A stretch of DNA of 64,000 nt from a virus (IMGVR_UViG_3300017780_003104:96001-160000), one strand, 5' to 3'. Positions 30,077 to 40,108 are shown, numbered from the stretch's first letter. Program-made: numbers and translations. The notes: generated by a model not told the origin, from the letters alone.

Positions 30077-30763
30077 ATCTAAATCCCTTTTTATTTCCAT
30101 GATTAATGATTGTATGTTGTCGATATTGATCCTATTACCTTTGGATATATTCTCTTTAGCCCACATGGGTTGTAGGTTTTTATAGTAAAAACATATTTTT
30201 TGATGATCATCTTTGGTGAAATCAAAAAAACTACAAGGGATAATGTGATCTATATGCCAACCATCATGACCATAATTATCCCATGACATTCCCATAGTAA
30301 ATTTAGACTCTAAATTTATTTTCAATTCTTCAAATGAGATACCAGTCATATTAAGAGTGGATTCCTTTTTACTTCTTCCCTTTAATGCAGATCTCATCCT
30401 ATCTCTCATATTTTTAGCGATTTTGTTGGTAGGATTTTTTAGCCAGTTATTTCTTTGTATTCTTGCTTTAATCTTATAATCTTCGGATGAAGATCTTTTC
30501 CTTTTTTCGATTAAAAATTTTTCTCTATATTCAGGATCAGTTGACATTCTTAGTTTAAAATATGCATTAGTTTTTTTAATTTCTTCTACGGTCTTTTTCT
30601 TTATTTTTTCTGGATGATTTGATCTATATTTCTTAATACTAAGTTGATTACAGGATTTACAATAACTCCTGATACCACTTTTTCCTAATTTTTGTTTGCT
30701 AAAATTATCCAACGTTTTCTCTATCTCACATTGACTACATCGCTTGACATTTACTTCACACAT
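30071..30763 (-). mobile_element. Free-standing HNH homing endonuclease
   Basis: CSQC...CKSC; WHIDHIIP...NLQPMWAKENISKGN; TAAATA-atagc-ATG. Confidence 0.85.
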
Positions 30764-30813
30764 GCTATTATTTAATATATTCGGTTCGAAAACCGAAGGA
30801 AATACTCAAAATT

Positions 30814-31479
30814 ATGAACTTATTTATTATTCGTCACGGTGAGTCTGTTGGAAACAAGTCACCATCGGTTTATTTTGAAAAACTTGATTGTCAAATTGAG
30901 TTGACTGAAAAAGGAGAAGAAGATGCGGGAAGCGCATACAATTCTATATTAAGTATTTGTGATCAACTTTGGTTAGATAAATATCAAGACAATCCAATTT
31001 TACGAGAACCGATACATTTTAATATGTATTATAGTCCATATGTTAGATCACAGCAGACTGCTAATATCATTTGTAATAAGATTAGCACAACTCCGGGATA
31101 TACGGTAAATCAATATATAGAAAGTCCATTATGCAGAGAACGCGAATGGGGCGGTCTTAGAGATATTGTGAATATGGGTAAGAAAACGGAAGACCATTTT
31201 AATTTCTTCTATAGACCTACCAATGGAGAATCATTTGCTGATTGCTTTCAAAGAGTTGCGATATTTCACCAATGGCTATCGAGCAATACCAAATATGAAA
31301 ATAATATTATAGTAGCTCATGGGGAATTTAATAAATTATATTTGATGTATTTGCTTGGGTGGGATGTTGAAGAGTTTAATAAATGGAAGACCCCCAGAAA
31401 TGGCGAAGTGTATTTGATACGAGATGGGGTTCTGAGTAGTATAACACCGTTGACCCATAAATATATAAATGGAAAATAA
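30814..31479 (+). CDS. Histidine phosphatase (phosphoglycerate mutase family)
   Basis: IIRHGES, SPYVRSQQT, EREWG, GESF and VAHG. Confidence 0.9.
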   Translation: MNLFIIRHGESVGNKSPSVYFEKLDCQIELTEKGEEDAGSAYNSILSICDQLWLDKYQDNPILREPIHFNMYYSPYVRSQQTANIICNKISTTPGYTVNQYIESPLCREREWGGLRDIVNMGKKTEDHFNFFYRPTNGESFADCFQRVAIFHQWLSSNTKYENNIIVAHGEFNKLYLMYLLGWDVEEFNKWKTPRNGEVYLIRDGVLSSITPLTHKYINGK

Positions 31480-32008
31480 AAGATATTATGCTGGGATCGG
31501 GTCTAGATCGGCCCCAACAAATATTCAAAAGGTTATGACCGAATTAGCCAGTGAACTATGTGATATGGGATACTGGCTAAGATCTGGAAATGCCGATGGA
31601 AGTGATCAAGCTTTTGCTAAAGGTGTTTACGATAAAAAAGCTCAGATATGGCTACCGTGGAAAGATTTCAATTTTACATTTCAATTAGCTCATCCTAAAC
31701 ATACATATAAAGTTATTAGAGATGATGATTCGGACGCATTTAAATCGATAGAGAAGTTTCATCCCAAACCATCGAGATTAGGTGGTTTTGGTATTAAGCT
31801 TATGGCTAGAAATTATAGACAAATGATTGGAGAAAACGAACCCGATTCACAATTTGTTATATGTTGGACTACTGATGGAAATATGGTCGGTGGAACGGGA
31901 CAAGCATGGAGAATTGCTTTACATTCCAAAATTCCAGTGTATAATCTTCACGATATGTCGAAGGATCAAGTGATCAAAGAGATTCAAAAATTAAACTTAT
32001 TAAATTAA
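31469..32008 (+). CDS. SLOG-superfamily (DprA/Smf-like) protein
   Basis: YAGIGSR, LRSGNADGSD, ARN and ICWT..G...GGTGQA. Confidence 0.7.
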   Translation: MENKRYYAGIGSRSAPTNIQKVMTELASELCDMGYWLRSGNADGSDQAFAKGVYDKKAQIWLPWKDFNFTFQLAHPKHTYKVIRDDDSDAFKSIEKFHPKPSRLGGFGIKLMARNYRQMIGENEPDSQFVICWTTDGNMVGGTGQAWRIALHSKIPVYNLHDMSKDQVIKEIQKLNLLN

Positions 32009-32015
32009 TATAATT

Positions 32016-32333
32016 ATGGGAGCATGTAGAGAAAGTAGTAGAATGGAAAGAGCATTAGATAAATTCTTATCTCAGGTAAGAAATACAGATAAAGTTCTTT
32101 GGAGTTACGGCGGTAAAAATATCGAAAAGGAGGAATATCCAATTATTTCTTTTTCTTGGGTTGATGAAGAGATTGAAGATTCACATAGATTGTGGATGGA
32201 CTTCATGAATGAGAGATTGAATGAGAAGAAAAGGGTCATCAAACTTAATAACATTAAACATCCAGTCAAAGATGCCATCCCTAAGAAAGAGAGTATAGGT
32301 GAGGCTATGTTCCCCATTCTTTATAAAAATTAA
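32016..32333 (+). CDS. Hypothetical protein
   Basis: 105-aa ORF. Confidence 0.6.
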   Translation: MGACRESSRMERALDKFLSQVRNTDKVLWSYGGKNIEKEEYPIISFSWVDEEIEDSHRLWMDFMNERLNEKKRVIKLNNIKHPVKDAIPKKESIGEAMFPILYKN

Positions 32334-32357
32334 TTAAAACCGAAATATAATTTCCCC

Positions 32358-32795
32358 ATGTTACAAGCTATGGGGAAAATTTCTGTGGAACCGAACCGTG
32401 GACGTATTGTTCTCGATGTGTCTCCCGATTTTGTTAAGCTTTATAAATACTTTATCGAGAAGCACTATTGGATTCGTATGGGTTCGCCTCTACATGGAAG
32501 TCATATTACTATTTTCTCGCAAAAGCATCACGCTAAAGTAAATTGGGGAAAAGCTGTGTGGTATGATAAAAAGATAATTGAATTTACATATGATCCTTAT
32601 ATAATCGAAGGTGGTTATCGTAAAGGATTTCTGATGTATTACCTCAAAGTTTTTTCCGCTGAAATTGATCAGATGAAAAAGAAATTGGGTATTGTTGATG
32701 GAGAAGCCTATAGGGGGCTGCATTTGACTATATCTAACGGGAAGAACAATTCAGTCTTTCCTGATTGGCCTAAAATGATCGAAATTAAGAAATGA
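32358..32795 (+). CDS. 2H phosphoesterase (Acb1/gp57B-like or RNA 2',3'-cyclic phosphodiesterase)
   Basis: Two HxT motifs: SHITI and LHLTI. Confidence 0.7.
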   Translation: MLQAMGKISVEPNRGRIVLDVSPDFVKLYKYFIEKHYWIRMGSPLHGSHITIFSQKHHAKVNWGKAVWYDKKIIEFTYDPYIIEGGYRKGFLMYYLKVFSAEIDQMKKKLGIVDGEAYRGLHLTISNGKNNSVFPDWPKMIEIKK

Positions 32796-33070
32796 AACCA
32801 TACGGTAAAAAACCTAAGAAGTCTAAACTCGGAATTCATAGTTCTGATGCATGTGGATGTGAAGTCTGTAATACTCATGGATGGAAAGTATCCAAATCTA
32901 GAGAACGTCAAGATATCACCGAAGAGATTCAAACTCTTTATATGAAAGGTGGTGGATGCTGGGTCGGATACTACAAACCTCTGGGTATATCTGTTATAGG
33001 AGAAACAGAGGGGATTGTTATGGATGGAGTTCAAGAGGCATACGATTCATACTTAACAAAAGATAGTTAA
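32792..33070 (+). CDS. Hypothetical protein
   Basis: ATGA overlap; HxxxxCxCxxC cluster. Confidence 0.55.
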   Translation: MKPYGKKPKKSKLGIHSSDACGCEVCNTHGWKVSKSRERQDITEEIQTLYMKGGGCWVGYYKPLGISVIGETEGIVMDGVQEAYDSYLTKDS

Positions 33071-33071
33071 T

Positions 33072-33389
33072 ATGAAAGCCATTATAACAAAAATTACAAC
33101 CGTTGAGTTCGATCTTGATGTAGAACGCAAACTTGTTAAAGAGTGTTTCAAAAAGAAAAAGGAGAAGCTTTATAGGGATGCTCTTTTAAACGTTATCGAT
33201 GTTTTTGAAAAGGATGGGTATTCCAAAGCTTACGATGCTTACGATGATCTACCTTATAATGAAATCGATGAATATCCGTTACAAGAATCCATGGGGTTCT
33301 GGTGGTATCAAATTAGTGGGTGGAACTTTCAATATAAAGAAAATGTGTCCCATACACTGAAAACCGAAATAATTAAAACCGAAATATAA
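33072..33389 (+). CDS. Hypothetical protein
   Basis: TAA-T-ATG junction. Confidence 0.6.
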   Translation: MKAIITKITTVEFDLDVERKLVKECFKKKKEKLYRDALLNVIDVFEKDGYSKAYDAYDDLPYNEIDEYPLQESMGFWWYQISGWNFQYKENVSHTLKTEIIKTEI

Positions 33390-33396
33390 TCACATT

Positions 33397-33798
33397 ATGA
33401 AACGAAGAAATTGCATAATTCTAAGGGGCTGCTCGGGCGCAGGTAAGACTACTTTCTGTAATCTCATGCCCAATGCCTTAGTATGTTGTGCTGATGATTA
33501 TTTCACTGATAAGGATGGTAATTATAATTGGTATTCACAAGGTTTGGGCGAAGCACATGCTTATTGTTGGAATCAATTTGTAGATGCTTTGGGAACCGAT
33601 AAAGATATCATCATTGCTAATGTTAATGCTAAAGCTGCGGATTGGAACAAGTATGTCGATCAGGCTAAGAATCTTGGATTTATTGTAACCTTCGTTGTGC
33701 TTGAAAACAGGCATGGTGGTAAGGATGTACATAATGTACCTGAAGTTACTCTAGAGAGACAAGAGAAAACCATTAGAGAGAACCTTAAATTGAGATAA
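33397..33798 (+). CDS. P-loop kinase (AAA_33 / polynucleotide-kinase-like)
   Basis: ILRGCSGAGKTT, CADDYF, AHAYC and HNVP. Confidence 0.8.
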   Translation: MKRRNCIILRGCSGAGKTTFCNLMPNALVCCADDYFTDKDGNYNWYSQGLGEAHAYCWNQFVDALGTDKDIIIANVNAKAADWNKYVDQAKNLGFIVTFVVLENRHGGKDVHNVPEVTLERQEKTIRENLKLR

Positions 33799-33799
33799 T

Positions 33800-34033
33800 A
33801 TGCCAGCAAAAAAGAAAGCAGCGAAAAAAGTCGAAAAGACTCCTGTTAGAATTAAAAAAGGATCTTTAGAATGTTCATATGTCCCAGTTTCATATGTGGT
33901 TGAAAGACTTATAAAAGATTGGAAATTTACACTTGAGGATCTTGAAAAAACTTCAATTGATTTTGATTACAGTGGGTGTTATTATGAAAGTGATACGCCG
34001 AGTATATCTGTAGAGTGGGATGATATTTTATGA
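33800..34033 (+). CDS. Hypothetical protein
   Basis: TAA-T-ATG junction. Confidence 0.55.
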   Translation: MPAKKKAAKKVEKTPVRIKKGSLECSYVPVSYVVERLIKDWKFTLEDLEKTSIDFDYSGCYYESDTPSISVEWDDIL

Positions 34034-34089
34034 AAATTGAAAATATAGATAGGTTGATTAATTAATTAAAACCGAAGTATAATAACCAC

Positions 34090-35181
34090 ATGAAGTTACC
34101 CGATCCAGAACAATTCAAATTCAAAGACTGTGTTATAGCAGGAGATGAATGTTGGTTGATTAATCCCGTCGATATGTCTACTAAGTGGGATGATGATAAT
34201 GCACGATTTTGTTCATGTATTGTTCGTAAGTCCGATAACTTTGTAGTATCGCAGGGATTTGGTAAGTTTACTAATTTCGGGGAACGTCCTGATTTTCAAC
34301 CATGGGATAACTCATGGAAGATTGAAGCAAGAATGAAATTAGATGGTTCTTTGCTTATCATATCCAAGTATAAGGGTGAACTTATCTGTAGAACCCGTGG
34401 AACTATTGATGCTCGTCAAATGGCTAATGGATATGAAATAGATTTTCTTCTTAAGAAGTATAATTTATTTTTTGAAACAGTAAAGAGGGGACCAGAAGAT
34501 CATCATATTTCTTATCTATTTGAATGGACCACACCAAATAATATTATCGTGTTGAGGGAACATAACGAACCGACCCTAACTTTAGTTGGGGCTGTAGTGA
34601 ACAACTATTATTACGAGTATGCGACCCAATCTTATTTGGATGACTTGGCTAGGGTGTATGGGCTTAATCGTCCACAAAAGTATGAATACAACTCTATCGA
34701 AGAATGTATTCTTGATGTTGCTGCTTGGAGAGGTAAAGAAGGTGTAGTGTTATATTCACCCGATGGTCAAACTCTTAAGAAGATCAAGGCTGACGAATAC
34801 TGTGAGCTTCACAAACTCGCAACTGGTATCAAAGGTATCAAGCAAGTTCTTGATGTGTTTATGGCATCACCTAAGTTTGTTGAACCTGATGATTTTTATA
34901 AGTATATCGAGACTACTCTTGATTTTGAGATAGCTGAAAAGTGTAAGGATTTTATCTATGATATATGTCTAGCGTATGGGAAGTATGTGGTTAAATCCAA
35001 TATAATCAAATCCGAGATTACCGACTATATCAAACCTCTGGATACTCGTAAAGAACAGGCTATAGCAATAACTACCAAGTTTAAGGGTTGGCAAACGTCT
35101 TTGGCGTTTTGTTTACTTGATGATAAGATCGTTGAAGATAAACTTATGCGTACAGCGTTAGACCAACTATTAGAACTATGA
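34090..35181 (+). CDS. T4 Rnl1-like RNA ligase
   Basis: FGKFTNFGE, KLDGSL, FEW, EGVV and KKIKADEY. Confidence 0.8.
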   Translation: MKLPDPEQFKFKDCVIAGDECWLINPVDMSTKWDDDNARFCSCIVRKSDNFVVSQGFGKFTNFGERPDFQPWDNSWKIEARMKLDGSLLIISKYKGELICRTRGTIDARQMANGYEIDFLLKKYNLFFETVKRGPEDHHISYLFEWTTPNNIIVLREHNEPTLTLVGAVVNNYYYEYATQSYLDDLARVYGLNRPQKYEYNSIEECILDVAAWRGKEGVVLYSPDGQTLKKIKADEYCELHKLATGIKGIKQVLDVFMASPKFVEPDDFYKYIETTLDFEIAEKCKDFIYDICLAYGKYVVKSNIIKSEITDYIKPLDTRKEQAIAITTKFKGWQTSLAFCLLDDKIVEDKLMRTALDQLLEL

Positions 35182-35753
35182 TTGATTATTCACAAGACTT
35201 AAAAAACAAGTGTAAACGGTGGCATATATCGGAATATACCGATCCCGTATTGACAGATCCAAAATTTGAATATTGGTCTGGTTCTGGTAGTTCTATACAC
35301 CATCATTATGGTGATGGTGGGCTACTTAAACACACTCATGAAGTCTTTACTTACTGTGAAGTGATATCACAACAACATAATTCGACTTGTCATGGAGATA
35401 AAAGACTTAATCATAAGGAATTATTAATTAGTGCTATTTGGCATGATTATGGTAAGATTTGGGATTATCAAAAAGACGATAATGGTGTTTGGGGAAAGCA
35501 TAATAACCATGCTCGACAAATTCATCACATTTCAAGATCCGCGATCCAATTTCAGACTTGGTATTACTCAAGACTGACCACACCAATCCACGATATAGTT
35601 GCAGATAATATTACTCATAATATTCTAGCACATCATGGTATGAGAGAATGGGGGAGTCCTGTTGCTCCTGCTACGAGAGAAGCATGGGTGTTGCATCTTG
35701 CTGATAACCTATCTGCAAGACTTGACGATTTAGATAAACACGATAGATTTTAA
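35178..35753 (+). CDS. HD-domain phosphohydrolase (YhaM-like)
   Basis: HHHY..GGLLKHT, HDYGK, HI, HHG and ADNLSA. Confidence 0.85.
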   Translation: MIDYSQDLKNKCKRWHISEYTDPVLTDPKFEYWSGSGSSIHHHYGDGGLLKHTHEVFTYCEVISQQHNSTCHGDKRLNHKELLISAIWHDYGKIWDYQKDDNGVWGKHNNHARQIHHISRSAIQFQTWYYSRLTTPIHDIVADNITHNILAHHGMREWGSPVAPATREAWVLHLADNLSARLDDLDKHDRF

Positions 35754-35781
35754 TTAATTAAAACCGAAATACAATAACGGC

Positions 35782-36243
35782 ATGAACAAAATGAAACTAG
35801 TATTGGGTGATTGGTCAAAAGATGGACATAATCAACATGAAACGATTATGGTTGAAACCAATAAAACGGTAGAAGAAATTCAACAAGGGTATAAAGACTC
35901 TTGTAAATTAACTACGGTGTCGTTTAATCATAATGAGGATTACACAGGAGTTGGGAGACACTATAGTATTTCCGATGATTACGAAATAGCTACTAATTAT
36001 GAGGAACGTCAAATTCCAGATAAAGCGAAAGAAATTTTGGAAAAATATAATGGATTTGATGAGATTTATGAGTTCTATAGTGAAGAAGCCAGTGAAGATA
36101 ATTTTACAAAACTTTGGTTCTGGTTTGTGAGTCTTTCAATTCCAGATTTGGTTTGGAATAAAATTGAAGATGATGCTCCAGTCATTAATGGGTTTTGGAA
36201 TAAGAACTTAAATGTTCAATTTGGATATGGTTTGTATTGGTAA
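35782..36243 (+). CDS. Hypothetical protein
   Basis: Motif-headed; GDWSKDGH...GYGL. Confidence 0.65.
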   Translation: MNKMKLVLGDWSKDGHNQHETIMVETNKTVEEIQQGYKDSCKLTTVSFNHNEDYTGVGRHYSISDDYEIATNYEERQIPDKAKEILEKYNGFDEIYEFYSEEASEDNFTKLWFWFVSLSIPDLVWNKIEDDAPVINGFWNKNLNVQFGYGLYW

Positions 36244-36267
36244 TTAAAACCGAACTATAATAGCGGC

Positions 36268-37500
36268 ATGGCAACTGAAAAAGTAAGACTAGTATTTTCT
36301 GACTTGGGATGTAATAGTTACAAGTATTGGGATGGTGAGCTACACGATGATGGTCGAGTAATATCAACTTTTGGCGTTGTTGGTGCAAAGAACCCACAAT
36401 CAAAGGATTTTGGTATTGTTGGTAGATCGTTCTTTGATAAGAAGATTCGTGAGAAGGAACGTAAGGGATATGAACGCGCTAAAGTACTAATGGAAGGTGC
36501 CACTACAGTAGTCAACAAATCATCCCTTGCTGATATCGCATTAAGTCAAATTAAACTGTCTGATACCAGTCTTAAAACTCTTGTTAAACGACTGGCTGAT
36601 AGCAATGTCCATAAGATCACTAATTCGACCAGTATTAGTTTTGATAATGGAATGTTCCAAACCCCATTGGGTATTGTTACCAAAGAGGGGATATCCGATG
36701 CTAGACTGTTACTGGATTTCTTCTTCAAAAATATTAAGAAGAATGGTCAAGATGATTTCAATGAAAAGATTGATTCATATCTTCGAATTATCCCAAGACC
36801 TAAAGGTAATGGATTACACTATGAAGACATTTTTCCGACATTGGAATCCGTCCAAAAAGAATCAGATGTTTTGGATGCTCTTGATAATAGTGTTGAACTT
36901 GCCATGAAACCAAAGGACGATGGAACGTCGAAGGTGGAAAGTGTGTTTAACCTTAATATGGCTATCGTGGAAGATGATAAGATTATCAAAGCGATTAAAG
37001 ATTGGTATACTAGGACCAATAAGGCAATGCATAATTACACATCGATCAAAATTGCTAATATTTACGGTGTCGATATCGTAGATTACAATAAGAATTTTAA
37101 ACAAGATGATAAAAACATCATTGAAGTTTGGCATGGTAGTGGTCAATCAAATATTCTTAGTATCTTGAAGTCTGGATTGTTCTGTAGCCCACCTAGTACT
37201 GCCGCTATTGCTGGTAAGATGTTTGGTAATGGTGTATACGGTTCCAAAACATCATCTAAAAGTTTAGGATATAGTCTTGGTAGATGGGGTCAGGGAAAAG
37301 GTGAAAGTGGTTGGCTTTTTGTTTGCGACTTCGCTATGGGAAATCCGTATTACCCGAATACCAGAGGTGGCTTAAACAAGATTCCTGATGGATATCATAG
37401 TTGTTGGGCATTACCTGAAAAAACAGGCTTGCTAAATGATGAACTCATCGTATACTCCGAAAAGCAGATCAAAATTAAATTTCTCGTAGAACTAAAATAA
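36268..37500 (+). CDS. WGR-domain PARP-like ADP-ribosyltransferase
   Basis: N-terminal WGR-like domain, helical regulatory region, catalytic H-Y-E triad (WHGS, FGNGVY, NDELIVY). Confidence 0.88.
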   Translation: MATEKVRLVFSDLGCNSYKYWDGELHDDGRVISTFGVVGAKNPQSKDFGIVGRSFFDKKIREKERKGYERAKVLMEGATTVVNKSSLADIALSQIKLSDTSLKTLVKRLADSNVHKITNSTSISFDNGMFQTPLGIVTKEGISDARLLLDFFFKNIKKNGQDDFNEKIDSYLRIIPRPKGNGLHYEDIFPTLESVQKESDVLDALDNSVELAMKPKDDGTSKVESVFNLNMAIVEDDKIIKAIKDWYTRTNKAMHNYTSIKIANIYGVDIVDYNKNFKQDDKNIIEVWHGSGQSNILSILKSGLFCSPPSTAAIAGKMFGNGVYGSKTSSKSLGYSLGRWGQGKGESGWLFVCDFAMGNPYYPNTRGGLNKIPDGYHSCWALPEKTGLLNDELIVYSEKQIKIKFLVELK

Positions 37501-37504
37501 AATT

Positions 37505-38044
37505 ATGAAACAAATAAACGCAATTACAGCAATCCTATTAGCACTTAAGAATATTAGAAACGTGCAATTTTCGATATATAATATCACCCTCGAAATTCGT
37601 GATCAGATGTATCTCGGAACCTACCAAATAGATTACACCAATTTCATTTCCCATGCGGAAGTCAAGAAGAATTTTGAGGAATTGGAATTGATGGGTCTTT
37701 TAGATGATTACACAGTAAGTCATAATGTTGATGGTTATAGACTGTATCAATTGAAACAAGAAATGGTAAACATTCCAGATGCTTCTGTGCCAACTCCAAT
37801 ACAATCCGCATTGGTTAGAGTTCAAGCAATTAGTCGTGCTAGTGTTATCCCAATGGATATTCAGAAGAAAATTTATACATACCTTAAAGGTAATGGATCG
37901 GTTTCCATGAAGCAGATTCAATCTCGCCTCAAGAATCAACCTTATACATGTAAGGATATTAAAAACTTTTTGGCCCAATTACAATTGATTGATCCTAATA
38001 CTACATCACTACCTGATAGCCAAGCTAAAACAATTAAAATCTAA
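37505..38044 (+). CDS. Hypothetical protein
   Basis: 179-aa ORF. Confidence 0.65.
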   Translation: MKQINAITAILLALKNIRNVQFSIYNITLEIRDQMYLGTYQIDYTNFISHAEVKKNFEELELMGLLDDYTVSHNVDGYRLYQLKQEMVNIPDASVPTPIQSALVRVQAISRASVIPMDIQKKIYTYLKGNGSVSMKQIQSRLKNQPYTCKDIKNFLAQLQLIDPNTTSLPDSQAKTIKI

Positions 38045-38230
38045 TATTATGAGAAACCTTAAAAAAAGATGGAGTGATCTCATATGGTATGAAAAGTTAG
38101 CAGCGACTCCCGGTGTTATTATCGTTGGATGTTCAGTAGTTGCAATATCACCAGTCTTGCTTTTTATGTATTGTATAATTATTACATTTGAATTACTGGA
38201 TTTTAGATGATTGTATGAGAGGATAATAAT

Positions 38231-38677
38231 ATGATTACGAAAATTAATGATGAATTGAAACAGGCAATGCGCGACAAGAACACGACTAAGTTGAATGTTC
38301 TTCGCGCATTGAAAACAGCTATTATGAATGCTTCTCTACAGAAGGGTAACGTAAATGAACCGTTATCGGAAGTTGAGGTTATTGGTATTATTAGGAAACA
38401 ACTATCACAACGACAAGATTCTATAGCTCAATTTGTTACTGCACAACGTAATGATTTAATTGCTACAGAAGAAGCAGAAGTAGAAGTCCTCAAAGAGTTT
38501 ATACCAGAGGATTTGTCGGATTTACAGTTAGAAACATACATCATCAATACAATTTCTGAGTTAGGTGCTACTAGTAAAAAGGATATGGGGAACGTTATCA
38601 AACGGGTTGCTCATATTGTTAATGGTCGTGCTGATAATAAGAAAATATCTAAAATGGTGGGTGAGAAATTACAATGA
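38231..38677 (+). CDS. GatB/YqeY-domain protein
   Basis: LKQAMRDKN...LRALKT, RQDSIAQF..AQR.DL and KDMGNVIK. Confidence 0.9.
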   Translation: MITKINDELKQAMRDKNTTKLNVLRALKTAIMNASLQKGNVNEPLSEVEVIGIIRKQLSQRQDSIAQFVTAQRNDLIATEEAEVEVLKEFIPEDLSDLQLETYIINTISELGATSKKDMGNVIKRVAHIVNGRADNKKISKMVGEKLQ

Positions 38678-38967
38678 AATATATCCTCTTTCTTAATAAA
38701 GCATGGGGGGTTGATTTCATGTTAATCCGAAGACTTGAACGTGAAAAAATTGAGTATGATTATGTATCCTTATCTGATGAAGGACATGTGGACACCGAGT
38801 TGTATACTAAGTATGGGATAAGATCTACACCTTGTCTTTTGATTCTTGACAACGATGAGGTGAGTGATAAACTCAGTTCAACAGACGAAATCGTAGAATA
38901 TTTAAAAAATGTACAAAATACTAAAATTCCCGTGGGAACAGAGGACCAAACACTTCTGGGCAAGTGA
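38674..38967 (+). CDS. Thioredoxin/glutaredoxin-fold protein lacking CxxC
   Basis: YDYVSL...KYGIRSTPCLLI; KAWG sits where CxxC is expected. Confidence 0.55.
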   Translation: MKYILFLNKAWGVDFMLIRRLEREKIEYDYVSLSDEGHVDTELYTKYGIRSTPCLLILDNDEVSDKLSSTDEIVEYLKNVQNTKIPVGTEDQTLLGK

Positions 38968-39568
38968 TTGGCATAACTTCCATGACCCTAAAACTTGGAC
39001 TTCCCCTATTTGGGAAATGCGGGGATATAGCAATGCTGAAGAGGCATTAGAACAAACTCTCAGGACAACCAATGAAAAGGTTGGTGTGGATGATACCTTG
39101 TGGTATCTTGGTGATGGATTTCTTAATGCCACAGATGATCAATGCATTAATTGGTTGAGTAGAGTGAATTGCCAAAATATTTACTATTTGTTTGGTAATC
39201 ACGAATCCAATATGTATAGGATCTATAAGGAACAGGTCGCGGAACAATATGGGATTGGTGATGCTGAGATTTATCCCTTGAAGTATAAGAATGTCACATT
39301 CTTAGGAAATCATCAAGAAATTCAAATTGGTAAACAGATGATTACCATGAATCATTTCCCTTTAAGAATTTGGCACAAGGATAACCGTAGTGCTTGGATG
39401 CTTAGTGGGCATTCCCACTTACAAGATAAAGGTCGTAGACCAGATGCACCTTTTCAAAAAGGTCTTGATTGTGGTTGTGATTATAAAGTGGTGTGGAGTT
39501 TTTTGGAAATTGAAGATGTAATGTCAACCAAATCGATTCAAATTTTAGACCATAATAGGACTAGTTAA
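38909..39568 (+). CDS. Calcineurin-like metallophosphoesterase (RNA-repair-associated type)
   Basis: ASDWH..H, YLGD, FGNHE, NHFP and GHSH. Confidence 0.85.
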   Translation: MYKILKFPWEQRTKHFWASDWHNFHDPKTWTSPIWEMRGYSNAEEALEQTLRTTNEKVGVDDTLWYLGDGFLNATDDQCINWLSRVNCQNIYYLFGNHESNMYRIYKEQVAEQYGIGDAEIYPLKYKNVTFLGNHQEIQIGKQMITMNHFPLRIWHKDNRSAWMLSGHSHLQDKGRRPDAPFQKGLDCGCDYKVVWSFLEIEDVMSTKSIQILDHNRTS

Positions 39569-39570
39569 AT

Positions 39571-39792
39571 ATGACAGATGATGAATATGAAATGCGAATG
39601 GGTAAAGTCCGTAACAAGATGACGCAATTAAGAGAGGTTGAGAATTCTATGGAATCGACATTTCCAGATATTGACATTTCAAAAGAGTGGCGTAAACTGG
39701 CTTTAGAAGTAGAGGACATGATAAATGAAATCGAAGTGGATGATTTTCTCGTAAATGGTGCGGGAAATACTAGTATAGATATAATAGAATAA
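39571..39792 (+). CDS. Hypothetical coiled-coil protein
   Basis: 73-aa ORF. Confidence 0.55.
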   Translation: MTDDEYEMRMGKVRNKMTQLREVENSMESTFPDIDISKEWRKLALEVEDMINEIEVDDFLVNGAGNTSIDIIE

Positions 39793-39801
39793 CAGAATAA
39801 T

Positions 39802-40032
39802 ATGAACGTAAATAAGCAAAAAAACAAACAGTGGATGAGAAATCGTGATCAATTGAAAAACCCAAAGGTATTCAATGTAACTATGGTTCGTAATCCAGAT
39901 GGAACATTCCACATGATTGGTGGGCAGAGTAAGGTTCTTGTTCGCAAGAATCAACACTCTAGCGAATGGGTAAACGTTGATACACGCGATCTTACTTGTG
40001 AGATGCGTAATAGTCGAATCTCTTCTTTCTAA
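39802..40032 (+). CDS. Hypothetical basic protein directly upstream of an ncRNA cluster
   Basis: 76-aa ORF. Confidence 0.6.
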   Translation: MNVNKQKNKQWMRNRDQLKNPKVFNVTMVRNPDGTFHMIGGQSKVLVRKNQHSSEWVNVDTRDLTCEMRNSRISSF

Positions 40033-40043
40033 GAAGAGATTAT

Positions 40044-40108
40044 AGAACCGAAGCAATAACACTGATAAAGTTAAGGTGCTTTTTCACCATTCGATATGGT
40101 GCGGTTCT
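40044..40108 (+). ncRNA. D-armless tRNA-like RNA with an Ile(GAU)-type anticodon loop
   Basis: Acceptor AGAACCG/CGGTTCT; T-arm CACCA-TTCGATA-TGGTG; AAGCA/TGCTT plus TAAC/GTTA stems leading to a CTGATAA loop. Confidence 0.6.

Noticed and set aside
22346-30800. Duplicated host-gene ends around the two HNH endonucleases (22382 and 30071)
   Set aside because: I looked for recoded copies like those at pth2 and rIIB and found none convincing.
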